A stretch of DNA of 64,000 nt from Anaerolineae bacterium. GTDB taxonomy: Bacteria; Chloroflexota; Anaerolineae; Anaerolineales; Villigracilaceae. The notes below the pieces were generated by a model, which saw only the letters and a program-made list of their open reading frames with translations, made no database searches and had not been told where the DNA came from. The stretch is taken from the NCBI GenBank assembly GCA_017303655.1, contig JAFLCE010000008.1:2977-66976 (forward strand), written 5' to 3'. Shown here in pieces: positions 17,761 through 28,310 of the stretch (position 1 is its first letter; the number at the start of each line of letters is the position of its first letter). Position numbers and translations under genes: made by a program.

Positions 17761-18551
17761 TGTCTATCATCACGATTACAACTGATTTTGGAATTAAGAA
17801 TGAGTTTGTAGCAGTCATGAAAGGCGTCATTCTTGGTATTTCCCCTGCGGTCCAAATTGTCGATGTGACGCATGCGATTGCGCCTCAAAATATTTTGGAA
17901 GGCGCATTTGCGTTGTGGCGGGCTGCATCATTTTTCCCAGACCAGACTATTCATCTATTTGTCGTGGACCCCGGCGTGGGCACCAGCCGCAGAGCCATTG
18001 CGGCACGCATCGGTTCTCAATACTTTGTGGGTCCAGATAACGGCTTGCTGACTCCGATCATCGAAAGCGCCGAACAGATTGGCAGTGAGATGAAATTTAT
18101 CCATCTTCAAAATTCAAAATATTTTTTGCCGATTGTCAGCCGCACTTTTCATGGGCGTGATATTTTTTCTCCGGTTGCGGCACACATCGCAAATGGTGTG
18201 GCTTTGGCTGAGCTGGGGGCGCCCATCTCAGACCCGGTTCGGTTGGCGTTGCCCAAACCCACAAAAACGGAATCGGGCTGGACGGCACACATCACCGTGG
18301 TGGATATCTTCGGAAACCTCACGCTGGATCTGCCTTCTTCTGCGCTTCAAAACCGGACCGCGGTTCTGTTTCGGCTCCATCAAGCTGAGATCTCAGGGGT
18401 GGTGGATTCGTACGGGCAGCGCTCTCCAGGGGACCTGGTCGCCGTGGTAGATAGCGAAGGCTTTATCGAAATTGCCGAGGTCAATGGTAGCGCAGCGAAG
18501 CGGCTCAATGTTAATGTTGGTGATATGGTCGAAGTTATTCTTTCAGTGTAA
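17760..18551 (+). CDS. SAM hydroxide adenosyltransferase / chlorinase-fluorinase family (DUF62)
   Basis: TTDFG, VVDPGVGTSRR, VGPDNG, SRTFHGRDIF, DIFGN. Confidence 0.92.
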   Translation: MSIITITTDFGIKNEFVAVMKGVILGISPAVQIVDVTHAIAPQNILEGAFALWRAASFFPDQTIHLFVVDPGVGTSRRAIAARIGSQYFVGPDNGLLTPIIESAEQIGSEMKFIHLQNSKYFLPIVSRTFHGRDIFSPVAAHIANGVALAELGAPISDPVRLALPKPTKTESGWTAHITVVDIFGNLTLDLPSSALQNRTAVLFRLHQAEISGVVDSYGQRSPGDLVAVVDSEGFIEIAEVNGSAAKRLNVNVGDMVEVILSV

Positions 18552-18563
18552 AATAATGCCGAA

Positions 18564-20207
18564 ATGTCTGAACAGCCGCTCATCATTGAAAACCTAAATT
18601 TTAAATACAAAACCCGCCCTGAACCCGCTCTTGAGAATATTTCTCTTGAACTGAAGCAGGGCGAGTTGTTATTGATCGCCGGATCCAGTGGCTGTGGCAA
18701 AACCACCCTGGCACGCTGCATCAACGGCTTGATTCCGCGCAGCTACCGCGGAGAGCGCACCGGCAGAGTCCTATTGCATGGACGGGAAGTTGCCGACTTG
18801 CAGATCCCTGAAATGGCGCAGGTGGTTGGGACTCTGCTGCAAGACCCGGAGCGCCAGATCGTTGCGAGTAACGTCTTCAACGAGATCGCGTTCGGACCTG
18901 AAAACCTGGGCTTACCCCGCAATGAGATTCTCAGCCGGGTAGACCAGGCTTTGAAGCGCCTCAAATTGGAATATTTACGCGAACGCGAAACCTTTAATTT
19001 ATCTGGCGGCGAAAAACAAAAAGTGGCTCTTGCTGGTGTGTTGACGATGAATCCATCCATATTGTTGTTGGATGAGCCTCTCGCATCGCTCGACCCTGCT
19101 TCTGCCCATGAAGCCCTGCAGGTATTTCGCAGCCTGGCAGACGAAGGTAAAACTGTCATTCTGGTGGAGCATCGAGTGGAAGATGCCATTCTCGCTAACC
19201 CAGACCGTATGCTTTACATGGAAGACGGCAAAATCAAATATCTGGGGCCCATCAAAAATCTGCCGCCTGAGATTGACCACACCAAAGTTAAACTACCAGC
19301 ACCGTGGGTGGTGCAGCGAGTCAAGGCGTTGGATATCAAAGCCACAGAACCGCCCAAACCAAACCCGAGCCCAAAGAGCGAGCCGTTGGTCGTTTTCGAA
19401 AATGTTGATTTTCGATATGATGAAGAATATCCGCTCATCCTACAAAACGTTAATCTTGAAATTTATCCCGGCGATCTGATTGCTGTTCTGGGTCCGAATG
19501 GGGCGGGCAAATCCACTTTGGTGAAGCATGCCATTGGTTTGCTCAAACCCACCAAAGGACGCGTCTTGATCGAAGGACAAGATACCCGCAAGATGAGCGT
19601 GGCACAGATCGCCCGTATGTTAGGGTATGTGTTCCAAAGCCCGACTCATATGTTGTATGCTCCCACCGTGCGCGAGGAACTGGAGTTCGGACCCAAGAAT
19701 CTGGAGTTTGACCCGGCATTGATCCCCACGTTTGTGCGCGAAAGTTTATCTACGGTCAATCTGGAAGGTCTTGAAGAATATCCGCCTTTGGGTCTTTCTT
19801 TTGGGCAGCAGAAACGCACCACCATTGCTGCGGTGCTTGCTATGCGTTCGAAGATCTTGATCATGGATGAACCCACCGCCGGGCAGGATTTTGCCAATTA
19901 CACTCATTTTATGAATACTTTGTGTGATACTTCTGTTGGTAAAGAATCTGTCTTGAGTGCGCATTTTGCATCTACTCTCTTCATTACGCATGATGTTGAT
20001 CTCGCAGTCACCTATGCAAACCGCGTTCTGCTCTTTGGTGATAAACATATTATTGCAGATGGAAAACCGCAGGATGTCTTGAAAGATGAAGAAATGCTCC
20101 TGAAGTATCGTGTACGCCCCACTTCGCTTCTGCGCCTTAATTTGGAACTGCTGCCGAAATCCGGACGGTTTCTCCCCGCCGAATCTCTCGCAGCGTATGC
20201 CAAGTGA
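18564..20207 (+). CDS. ECF transporter ATPase with duplicated ABC domains
   Basis: Two Walker A motifs (GSSGCGKT, GPNGAGKS), LSGGEKQ and LSFGQQK signatures. Confidence 0.92.
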   Translation: MSEQPLIIENLNFKYKTRPEPALENISLELKQGELLLIAGSSGCGKTTLARCINGLIPRSYRGERTGRVLLHGREVADLQIPEMAQVVGTLLQDPERQIVASNVFNEIAFGPENLGLPRNEILSRVDQALKRLKLEYLRERETFNLSGGEKQKVALAGVLTMNPSILLLDEPLASLDPASAHEALQVFRSLADEGKTVILVEHRVEDAILANPDRMLYMEDGKIKYLGPIKNLPPEIDHTKVKLPAPWVVQRVKALDIKATEPPKPNPSPKSEPLVVFENVDFRYDEEYPLILQNVNLEIYPGDLIAVLGPNGAGKSTLVKHAIGLLKPTKGRVLIEGQDTRKMSVAQIARMLGYVFQSPTHMLYAPTVREELEFGPKNLEFDPALIPTFVRESLSTVNLEGLEEYPPLGLSFGQQKRTTIAAVLAMRSKILIMDEPTAGQDFANYTHFMNTLCDTSVGKESVLSAHFASTLFITHDVDLAVTYANRVLLFGDKHIIADGKPQDVLKDEEMLLKYRVRPTSLLRLNLELLPKSGRFLPAESLAAYAK

Positions 20208-20300
20208 TTTTCCCTGTAACGCTTGAGCGTTGACAGGGTTTATGTAAACAGGGTCAGCGTTTGTTTGATTTCATTTGATAAAGATAAAAGGAGAGAAATC

Positions 20301-20849
20301 ATGAACGATAGTAAAACTTGGGAATTTGGAACCCGTCAGGTTGTGTACGGTGCAATCGGCGCGGCGTTGTATGGTGTCCTATCATGGGCATCCAATTTCG
20401 TCCCCCTGCCTGCCGCGGGAAACGTCACCTTCCGCCCGGCTGTGGCTGTGTTGATCTTCTTCGGCACGGCATATGGTCCTTGGGTTGGTTTCCTTGCCGG
20501 TTTCATCGGTAACACGCTTGGCGATGCCATCAGTGGCTGGGGCTTCTTCTGGAACTGGAGCGTTGGCAACGGCTTGATGGGTTTGGTTGCCGGTTTGGTC
20601 TCTGCCCAGATCAAAGATTTCCGCGCTCAAGGCGATATCATCAAGGCTGTCATCTACGGTATCGTTGGCGTGGCAGTCGGTATGCTCTTCTCCTCGCTGA
20701 CGGAAATGCTGGTTGGCGGTATTGACATCAACACTGCCTTGGTAGGGTACTTCGTTCCTGCCTTCATCGGCAATGCTGTGGTGGTTGCTGTCCTCTTGCC
20801 TGTCCTTATGATCGCCTTCGCGGCGGTCGCATCTCGACGAGGCCGCTAA
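20301..20849 (+). CDS. ECF transporter S component (MtsT-like)
   Basis: About 6 TM helices; VVYGAIGAALY, YGPWVGFLAGFIGN; AGGAGAG RBS before ATG 20301. Confidence 0.85.
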   Translation: MNDSKTWEFGTRQVVYGAIGAALYGVLSWASNFVPLPAAGNVTFRPAVAVLIFFGTAYGPWVGFLAGFIGNTLGDAISGWGFFWNWSVGNGLMGLVAGLVSAQIKDFRAQGDIIKAVIYGIVGVAVGMLFSSLTEMLVGGIDINTALVGYFVPAFIGNAVVVAVLLPVLMIAFAAVASRRGR

Positions 20850-20854
20850 ATTAA

Positions 20855-21715
20855 ATGTTGGTCACCTGGAAGTACCGCCTGCGGGATACGTTCATTCAAC
20901 GCCTGGATCCACGCACAAGATTGCTCTTCTTCTTTTGTGTGATCTTTGGCTTGACCCTCCCCGATATCTGGGATTACCGCGTGATTCTTTCGCTCTTTGC
21001 GATGTCGCTGACCCTGTATCTGCTTGCGCGCATTGAGTGGAAGGATGTGAGACGGGTTTGGCTTTTCATCTTTATCCTGGTGTTCGCCATTGTAGGGTTA
21101 AATGCCCTGATTTCCGGGCGCGGCGGTCCGGCCTCGGTGACCAACATTGTTACTCCTGTCGTCTTTACGTTCCTGGGTATTCCGGTCACGGTCTCCAAGA
21201 TCTGGTTCGCGCTTACCCAGGTTACTCGTATGATGACCATGACCTTGCTTGCCCTCCCCATCCCGTACACCATTGACCCCAACATCTACGGGACTTCCTT
21301 TTGGAAGTTGGGCGCTTCCGATAAGGTTTCATTCACTATGGATCTGGCGTTCCGCTTCCTGCCGACCTTTGCCCGTGACTTCACCATCACGATGGACTCT
21401 CAGCGAGCACGCGGATATGAAATGGAAAAAGTAAAGGGTGGCATTGCTGCTCGTCTGCGCCGCCTTGCGCCGTTGATCATCCCAGTCGTGATGCAATCGA
21501 CTGTGACCGGCGAAGAAGTAATCGATGCGATGGATCTGCGTGCCTTTGGCGCCAGCAAACGGACGTGGATTAAGGCAGATGATCTGAAATACAAGTTAAG
21601 CGATTATTTCATGCTTGCTCTAGGGTTGACTATTCTTGTGGGGGGATTTGTACTGCGCTTTGGTTTGGACATTGGCGAATATTTTGTGCCAGACTGGTTC
21701 TTGAACTTATTTTAG
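20855..21715 (+). CDS. ECF transporter T component (CbiQ/EcfT family)
   Basis: LDPRTRL, AFRFLP, QRARG and MDLRAF motifs. Confidence 0.92.
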   Translation: MLVTWKYRLRDTFIQRLDPRTRLLFFFCVIFGLTLPDIWDYRVILSLFAMSLTLYLLARIEWKDVRRVWLFIFILVFAIVGLNALISGRGGPASVTNIVTPVVFTFLGIPVTVSKIWFALTQVTRMMTMTLLALPIPYTIDPNIYGTSFWKLGASDKVSFTMDLAFRFLPTFARDFTITMDSQRARGYEMEKVKGGIAARLRRLAPLIIPVVMQSTVTGEEVIDAMDLRAFGASKRTWIKADDLKYKLSDYFMLALGLTILVGGFVLRFGLDIGEYFVPDWFLNLF

Positions 21716-21725
21716 TTTGTATAAG

Positions 21726-21757
21726 AAAAGACGCCGTTTTCAAAACGGCGTCTTTTT
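21726..21757. terminator. Bidirectional intrinsic terminator
   Basis: AAAAGACGCCGTTTT-c-AAAACGGCGTCTTTTT. Confidence 0.88.
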
Positions 21758-22577
21758 ATTTTTTCGGGCTGGTTTCGCCTGCTGTTACTTTGAAATCCAA
21801 ATGGTTTTGCTCGGGAGCAAAGACGCAGGTGGCAAAGTCGGTGAAGGCGCAGGGTGGGTTATAGGCTTTGTTGAAGTCGAGGATGAGCGAACCATCGGGT
21901 TGAATATCTGCGACCAGATAGCGCCCGGTGGGATAGGTCTCGTCTTTGTTGGTGGGGTCCCCAAAGCGCAAGAAGAAGGTTTCATCGTCTTCTTTGTTGA
22001 TATCCAGTTTATGGGATCTGCCATCGAATTCGAAGGTGACGTAGCCTTCCACGGGGAACTCGGATTTTTCGCCGGTGAGGTCAGGGAAGAATGCCATCTT
22101 GGGGCGGTCATAAGCGGTATAAACTGCAGCGATGCGAAAGGCTTCGTCGATGGGGTACCAGGTGCGAGCGGGGAAAGAGGCGCGTTTTTCGCTGAGGTTA
22201 TCCCACATGCGTACGCCCATTTTATTTCCGCGTTGGATCACGACCATTTGAATCCCTTCCAGTTTAATGAAGCTGGGGTTTTCAGAAATATCTGGTTGCA
22301 GCACGGCGAATTCGGTGGCTTGATCATCGACGCTGACTTTCATGCCGGGGTTCGCGCGCAGGTTGACAGATTTGCCACTAAACTCGAATGCGCCCACATT
22401 GGCAGGGATGCGCTCGGGCAGTTGGATCTCGCTTTTGGGGTCTGAGCCGAATTGGTTTTTGCCGAGTTTGAGCCAATAGAGCCCAGCCAGGGCAAGCCAA
22501 TTATTTTCTTTACGAATATTTTCATCGCGCGTTTTGCGCCATTCGAGAATGGTTTGTTGGTAGGTTTCTTCTGCCAT
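21756..22577 (-). CDS. DUF1684 family protein, probably leaderless
   Basis: FGDPTNKDETYPTGRYL, LDFNKAYNPPCAFT, GE; minus-strand TATAAT at 22584-22589. Confidence 0.9.
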   Translation of the reverse strand: MAEETYQQTILEWRKTRDENIRKENNWLALAGLYWLKLGKNQFGSDPKSEIQLPERIPANVGAFEFSGKSVNLRANPGMKVSVDDQATEFAVLQPDISENPSFIKLEGIQMVVIQRGNKMGVRMWDNLSEKRASFPARTWYPIDEAFRIAAVYTAYDRPKMAFFPDLTGEKSEFPVEGYVTFEFDGRSHKLDINKEDDETFFLRFGDPTNKDETYPTGRYLVADIQPDGSLILDFNKAYNPPCAFTDFATCVFAPEQNHLDFKVTAGETSPKK

Positions 22578-22666
22578 GACAAAATTATACCAACAATGAA
22601 TTCTTGCGACGGCAGGCTTTCATTTTTGATAAAATGTATTCATCACTTGGTTTAAGGAGCACAGCA

Positions 22667-23221
22667 ATGGGATTAAAACCCGATCATTGGATTCGCAAGA
22701 TGGCGTTGGAACAAGGCATGATCGAACCGTTTGTAGACCGACAGGTGCGCGAAGGCGTGATCTCGTATGGGGTGTCTTCGTATGGGTATGATATTCGTGT
22801 GGCGAATGAGTTTAAGATCTTTACGAATGTCTTCTCTGCTACGGTAGACCCCAAAAATTTTGACCCGAATTCGATGGTGGATTTTGTAGGGGACGTGTGC
22901 ATTGTGCCGCCGAACTCTTTTGCGTTGGCGCGTACCGTAGAATATTTTCGGGTGCCGCGCAAAGTGTTGACGGTTTGTTTGGGGAAGTCTACCTATGCGC
23001 GCTGCGGCATCATCGTCAATGTGACGCCCTTTGAACCGGAATGGGAAGGCTTTGTGACGCTGGAGATCTCGAACACCACGCCGCTGCCCGCCAAGATCTA
23101 TGCCAACGAAGGGCTGGCGCAAGTGCTGTTCTTTGAAGCGGACGAGGAATGTGAAATTTCTTATGCCGATAAAAAGGGGAAGTATCAAAAGCAACAATCG
23201 ATCGTATTACCGAAGTTGTAA
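22667..23221 (+). CDS. dcd: dCTP deaminase
   Basis: [29 protein letters not shown]; AAGGAG RBS before ATG 22667. Confidence 0.96.
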   Translation: MGLKPDHWIRKMALEQGMIEPFVDRQVREGVISYGVSSYGYDIRVANEFKIFTNVFSATVDPKNFDPNSMVDFVGDVCIVPPNSFALARTVEYFRVPRKVLTVCLGKSTYARCGIIVNVTPFEPEWEGFVTLEISNTTPLPAKIYANEGLAQVLFFEADEECEISYADKKGKYQKQQSIVLPKL

Positions 23222-23255
23222 CTGAAGATTTCTGCCCCGAGTCAGGAGACCCGCC

Positions 23256-24548
23256 ATGACCATTATTCGTACCGAAGAAAGCATTCTCGATGAAGTTGAG
23301 ATGATCCAGAAAAAGATGATGCAGGTCATGGTGCGCTTGACCAACGTGGGCAACCCACAGGTGTCTTCGATTAATTTAGAGTTGACCCAGTTGGTGCGGC
23401 AGATCGCGCAATTAAAAGATGACACTAAGAACCGTTTTACTGTGCAGCGTGAACGGATGGAGGCACTGGTGGGCGTGGGTAGTGTCATCAACTCTTCGCT
23501 CGGCTTGAAGCGCGTGTTAGACGAGGTCATGGATACCTTGATCGTGCTGATGAAAGCCGAGCGCGGATTCCTGATGCTGCGCGATGAAAGCGGAGATTTT
23601 CGTGTGCAGATCGCGCGTGATACGAAACATAACGACCTGCCCGCAGATGCCTTTGCCATTAGCAAAAGTATTGTGCGCCAGGTGCTTGAAAAAGGTGAAG
23701 CGATCCTTACCACCAATGCCAAAGATGACCCGCGCTTTGGTCAACAGGCGAGCGTGGCGGCGTATCAACTACTTTCCATTTTGTGTGCGCCGCTGAAAGT
23801 GAAGGACACCTTGATCGGCGTGCTCTATGTGGATAACCGCGCCCAGTCTGGCATCTTTCATACCGATGAACTTTCGTTGATCTCCACCTTTGCCAACCAG
23901 GCGGCGGTGGCAATTGAAAACGCGCGTCTCTTTGATGGCTTGCAGGAAAGCAACGAGGAATTACAGATCGCGTATCGCGCAACGCTGGAAGGCTGGGTGC
24001 GCGCGCTTGATCTGCGCGATAAGGAAACCGAAGGGCACACCAAACGCGTGACGGCGCTGACCGAAGAACTTGCCCGCAAAATGGGCGTGGACGATGCCAG
24101 CCTTGTGCATATTGAACGCGGCGCGTTATTGCATGACATTGGCAAGATGGCGATCCCCGATGGGATTTTGCTCAAACCCGCGGCTCTGACTCCCGAAGAG
24201 CGGATTCTGATCCAGAAGCATCCTGTCTACGCTTATGAGATGCTCAACCCGATCAAGTTCCTGCACCCCGCCTTGGACATTCCTTATTGTCACCACGAAA
24301 AATGGGACGGCACCGGCTACCCGCGCGGCTTGAGCCGCGAAGATATCCCCCTGGCGGCGCGTATCTTTGCTGTGGTGGATGTGTGGGATGCGTTGGTCTC
24401 TGACCGACCTTACCGCAAAGGACTCAAGCCCGCTGACGTGAAAGAAAAGATCCGCGAAGATGCAGGCAAGCACTTCGACCCGCAAGTGGTGGATGCCTTC
24501 CTCGGCTTGGATGATAAAGTGTTGAGGGCGACGGCGAAGGTGAGTTAA
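23256..24548 (+). CDS. GAF domain plus HD-GYP cyclic-dinucleotide phosphodiesterase
   Basis: GAF end FANQAAVAIENARL; LHDIGK, HHEKWDGTGYP, DVWDALVSDRPYR. Confidence 0.92.
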   Translation: MTIIRTEESILDEVEMIQKKMMQVMVRLTNVGNPQVSSINLELTQLVRQIAQLKDDTKNRFTVQRERMEALVGVGSVINSSLGLKRVLDEVMDTLIVLMKAERGFLMLRDESGDFRVQIARDTKHNDLPADAFAISKSIVRQVLEKGEAILTTNAKDDPRFGQQASVAAYQLLSILCAPLKVKDTLIGVLYVDNRAQSGIFHTDELSLISTFANQAAVAIENARLFDGLQESNEELQIAYRATLEGWVRALDLRDKETEGHTKRVTALTEELARKMGVDDASLVHIERGALLHDIGKMAIPDGILLKPAALTPEERILIQKHPVYAYEMLNPIKFLHPALDIPYCHHEKWDGTGYPRGLSREDIPLAARIFAVVDVWDALVSDRPYRKGLKPADVKEKIREDAGKHFDPQVVDAFLGLDDKVLRATAKVS

Positions 24549-24565
24549 TACGTTAGTTTTGCAAT

Positions 24566-24611
24566 AAAAAAGGTGACAGTCATCTTTAAGATGACTGTCA
24601 CCTTTTGTTTT
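24566..24611. terminator. Bidirectional intrinsic terminator
   Basis: AAAAGGTGACAGTCATCTT-t-AAGATGACTGTCACCTTTT. Confidence 0.88.
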
Positions 24612-24652
24612 ATAGATAAATACTGAATTGGATGAAGACAATAAATATTTGG

Positions 24653-25456
24653 CTATATAGGAGATGCAGGAATGAAAATTAATGTTCCTAAAATAACTAA
24701 ACCCAAGATTATTGACCAACCTAGAAAGAAAAAAGGCCCGTTTTCAAAAGGGGCAATTAGTATATGCGAGACTGCCCCTTTATCCCTTGAATACAAATTG
24801 AGAAGGCTGATACTAGTAAATATTGATACTGCTTCAGCTATAAAACGGAGCCAGAGAAAAAAATCAGTTGTAAAGATTGTTTCAATGATTGAGGGAGAAG
24901 CTACAATAACAGCTGTTACAGCTAGTGAAACCTCAATTAAGCCAGGATCAATTGCCCCTTTTTGATGATACCATTTTTGAGCTCTTAATTTAGAAACTAT
25001 GCTGCTAATGAATTGAGGAGGCGCATTTATTATTGAAACTAGTATATTGCTTGTAAATAAAGATAAGTCGATCGAAAAACTTGTGATAATTTCGACGAAT
25101 TTGCTGGATTGATCATCAATTTGATCTCGTAATGATTGGGCAATGCTTTCGAATGAAGATTGAACATTTTCTGCTAAGTTATTAAGAACAGCTACTAACT
25201 TCATATACCTGTTCCCTAAGATTCGAGTTGAAAGCCATTCAATAAAAATATTGACGATAACGCCAAATACCACGCCGCCAATATTCATTACTATCGCAGT
25301 AATAAATGAAATATTACTCGAAAATGCTTTGTTCAATTCTGTTACATATTCAGGAAATAGCCTGTATAAATAAATAAATAAAATTATTAAGATGACTAAC
25401 CAAAGTAGTATCCGTAATAATGCTTTTTTTCTATCAGGTGTTTTCCCATTATTCAA
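24653..25456 (-). CDS. AT-rich hypothetical multi-pass membrane protein
   Basis: 267 aa ORF, TTG start with GGGAG RBS, about 5 hydrophobic segments; no family recognised. Confidence 0.6.
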   Translation of the reverse strand: MNNGKTPDRKKALLRILLWLVILIILFIYLYRLFPEYVTELNKAFSSNISFITAIVMNIGGVVFGVIVNIFIEWLSTRILGNRYMKLVAVLNNLAENVQSSFESIAQSLRDQIDDQSSKFVEIITSFSIDLSLFTSNILVSIINAPPQFISSIVSKLRAQKWYHQKGAIDPGLIEVSLAVTAVIVASPSIIETIFTTDFFLWLRFIAEAVSIFTSISLLNLYSRDKGAVSHILIAPFENGPFFFLGWSIILGLVILGTLIFIPASPI

Positions 25457-25471
25457 GTTTTATCTCCCTTT

Positions 25472-28273
25472 TTACGTCCCCAACCACTGACCTGCCATCT
25501 TTGGCAGATTCGCAATCGGACCTTGGCGAGCGGTGCATGGTGGCAGGGACTCTAAGAACATTCTGCCGTATTGCTTGGTCAACACGCGGCGGTCGAGGAT
25601 GGCGACGATGCCGCGATCTGAGGCGGTGCGAATGAGGCGACCAAATCCCTGCCGGAATTTGAGGATGGCTTCGGGCAGGTAATATTCGTTGAAGGAATCT
25701 TCGTACAGTTCTGAGCGTGCCGAGATGATCGGGTCAGACGGCACTTCAAAAGGCAACTTAGTAATGAAGACGACGGAAAGTGAATCGCCGGGCACATCCA
25801 CGCCTTCCCAGAAGGAGCGGGTTCCCAAAAGCACGGCACGGTCTGTGGTTTTGAAGGCTTCAAGCAGGGCAGTGGGAGATGTCCCTTCGCCTTGTTCGTA
25901 CACGTAAATATCTTCCCGTGCCAGCGGACCTGTTATGGCTTGCGACGTTTTCTTCAAAGCGGCATACGAAGTGAACAATACCAACATCCGCCCGCCGGTG
26001 GCTTTGGCGGTGCTGAGGATGGCTTTATCCAAAATTTGTTGATAGTTAAAAGCGTTCGGCTCCGGCATATCACTAGGGACGTACAGCAAGGTGCTGGATT
26101 CATAATCGAAGGGTGAACCCAACGCGAGCACGTCCACATCAGCGGCATCCAGCGTGTTGCGGATGTAGTTGAATTCGCCGTGAGTGGTCAACGTAGCAGA
26201 TGCCATGATGACACTGGCTTTTTCGTACCATAAGTTTTTTTGAACGAGCGGTCCCACACGCAGAGGTGCAGCATTAAGCGAGAGACGTTCACCGCGCGGG
26301 TTAACTTCGATCCAATAGATCAAGTCTGCAGTGGGTTTGTGCATCAAGCCAGAGGCGGCAGTTTCCGCTTCGGTCAGTCTGCGAATGAGCGTGCCCAAAC
26401 TGCCCATCACATCTTCAACATTTTCATACCCCTCGCTGTAAAGATCAGCAAGTGCCTTGTAAATTTCATCCAGCGTCTTTAGTAAGTTTTCCATCGTCTC
26501 GCTGATTTGCCCCCATGCTATTTCGAGATCGTCCCAGCCTTGCAGCATGCGCGCAGAAGGTGTGATGCGCATTTGCCACGAGTAATTGCTGGCGGGCTGT
26601 CCCTGGCGCTGCACCTGAATAAATTCACCCACGTACGCAAAAAATTCTTTCGCGAGCTGTTCCATACGAAAGGCTTGGTCGGTGGCGCGTTTTGTTTTTT
26701 GCTGGAACAAGCCAAAATCAGAAGGACGCAACGTATCGTGTGTGTCGGTTAATATCGTGCCCAGCAAACCCGCCGAAGAACCGCCGAGTTCCTTTAGCAT
26801 GCGGTCGAGGTCGCCTTGAGTCATGCGGAAGGAAAGCGCGTTGGTCACAGCCGATTCCATGTGATGCGCTTCGTCCACGATCAGGTAATCATATTCGGGC
26901 AATACTTTACTTCCGGTTGAAACATCAGATAACAACAAAGCATGATTGACGATCAGGATGTGGGAATTCTGCGCCGCCTGTTTAGCACGATAAAAAGGAC
27001 ACGCGCCTCCCATCCTGCCGAGGCATGCTTCTGTGGTGCAGTTATCATCCTCCGCTGAGAGTCGGCTCCACACCTCACGCTCAAGCGGACCTTGCAAATT
27101 CAAGTCGTTGCGGTCGCCGCTGGTATTCTCCACCTGCCAAACGATGATCTTCGCCAGCACGCGCATTTCAGTGGCATTGGTGGGTCCATGTGTGCGCAGG
27201 TATTGAAAACGGCGCGGGCAGAGATAATTTGAACGTCCCTTCAAGACGGCGGCGCGCACACCTAAATTCAACGCGGCTTGCAGGTCGGGAATGTCTTTCT
27301 TGATGAGTTGGTCTTGCAGGTTGATCGTATTGGTCGAAACGACCACACGAGTATTATTTTGATAAGCGAATAATGCCGCAGGCACAAGATACGCAAAGGA
27401 TTTACCTACACCGGTTCCTGCTTCAACGAGGAGATGTCCGCCAGTGGAAAGGGCATTCGCCACCGCCTTGAGCATTTCCACTTGCTCGGTGCGGTGTTCG
27501 TAGGAGTCAAAGTATTGTGAGAACGGTCCGCCGTACTCCAAGACTGCGGCAGCTTCTTCGGGGTCAAGCGCAATCGGCTCTTCAGTCCGCGTGACCGGCG
27601 GAGCCTTCTGCTCGGATTCAGAATCAAATATCGGCTTGGGGGTTGAGGCGCGGGTCTTCGTCTGCTTGGGCTTGATGCCTTCTTTGATCTTGGCACGCAG
27701 GGCTTGTTCAAAGACCCAATTTGAATCCCAGGTGGCAAAGTTACCGAGATCGGCGATCTCTTCCAATACTTCGAGTGGAAGTTCTTGCGCCTTCTCGAAT
27801 AATTTTAAATAACAAGCGTGAGTGACGAGGGCATCGTCCAATGCGCGGTGGGTGGCGGGCAGGGGAATGCCGAGTTGTTTTCCGAGTGAGCCGAGGTTGT
27901 AACGACTGGCGGTGGGCATCAGCACGGAGGCGAGTTCGAGCGTATCAATTGTTTGCTGATATTCGAACATGCCTTTTTTGCGGAGGAAGCCGACATCGAA
28001 TTTAACATTGTGACCAAGTATGGGCGCATCACCGACAAAGGCGATCAGTTCATGGACAATATCTTGCACGCGCGGCGCTTGCCGTACCATGGCGTTGTCG
28101 ATGCCGGTCAGCCCGGTGATGAAATCGGGGATCTGCCTGCCGGGGTTGATGAGGGTGTTGAATTCATCTTCCTTGCGTTTGCCATTAAAACGAACCGCGG
28201 CAATTTCAATAATTGCATCGCGGTCTTCGTCCAAGCCGGTGGTTTCGATGTCTAATGAAACGATGATGGTCAT
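25472..28273 (-). CDS. dinG: DinG family helicase with an N-terminal DnaQ-like 3'-5' exonuclease
   Basis: LDIETTG, HNVKFD, HRALDD; EAGTGVGKS, DEAH, FWEGVD, QGFGRLIR; Fe-S cysteines present. Confidence 0.92.
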   Translation of the reverse strand: MTIIVSLDIETTGLDEDRDAIIEIAAVRFNGKRKEDEFNTLINPGRQIPDFITGLTGIDNAMVRQAPRVQDIVHELIAFVGDAPILGHNVKFDVGFLRKKGMFEYQQTIDTLELASVLMPTASRYNLGSLGKQLGIPLPATHRALDDALVTHACYLKLFEKAQELPLEVLEEIADLGNFATWDSNWVFEQALRAKIKEGIKPKQTKTRASTPKPIFDSESEQKAPPVTRTEEPIALDPEEAAAVLEYGGPFSQYFDSYEHRTEQVEMLKAVANALSTGGHLLVEAGTGVGKSFAYLVPAALFAYQNNTRVVVSTNTINLQDQLIKKDIPDLQAALNLGVRAAVLKGRSNYLCPRRFQYLRTHGPTNATEMRVLAKIIVWQVENTSGDRNDLNLQGPLEREVWSRLSAEDDNCTTEACLGRMGGACPFYRAKQAAQNSHILIVNHALLLSDVSTGSKVLPEYDYLIVDEAHHMESAVTNALSFRMTQGDLDRMLKELGGSSAGLLGTILTDTHDTLRPSDFGLFQQKTKRATDQAFRMEQLAKEFFAYVGEFIQVQRQGQPASNYSWQMRITPSARMLQGWDDLEIAWGQISETMENLLKTLDEIYKALADLYSEGYENVEDVMGSLGTLIRRLTEAETAASGLMHKPTADLIYWIEVNPRGERLSLNAAPLRVGPLVQKNLWYEKASVIMASATLTTHGEFNYIRNTLDAADVDVLALGSPFDYESSTLLYVPSDMPEPNAFNYQQILDKAILSTAKATGGRMLVLFTSYAALKKTSQAITGPLAREDIYVYEQGEGTSPTALLEAFKTTDRAVLLGTRSFWEGVDVPGDSLSVVFITKLPFEVPSDPIISARSELYEDSFNEYYLPEAILKFRQGFGRLIRTASDRGIVAILDRRVLTKQYGRMFLESLPPCTARQGPIANLPKMAGQWLGT

Positions 28274-28310
28274 ATTAGAACAAGTGTACCATAACCAAAG
28301 AAGTCATTGT

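Noticed and set aside
20208-20300. Riboswitch before the ECF S component
   Set aside because: Only a simple hairpin (CCCTGT-AACGCT/AGCGTT-G-ACAGGG) is seen, with no SAM-box or other aptamer consensus
21717-22445. Long + strand ORF of 242 aa (likewise 56002..56862 +, 11013..11693 -, 16768..17475 -)
   Set aside because: Antisense shadows of well-supported genes, with no recognisable motifs
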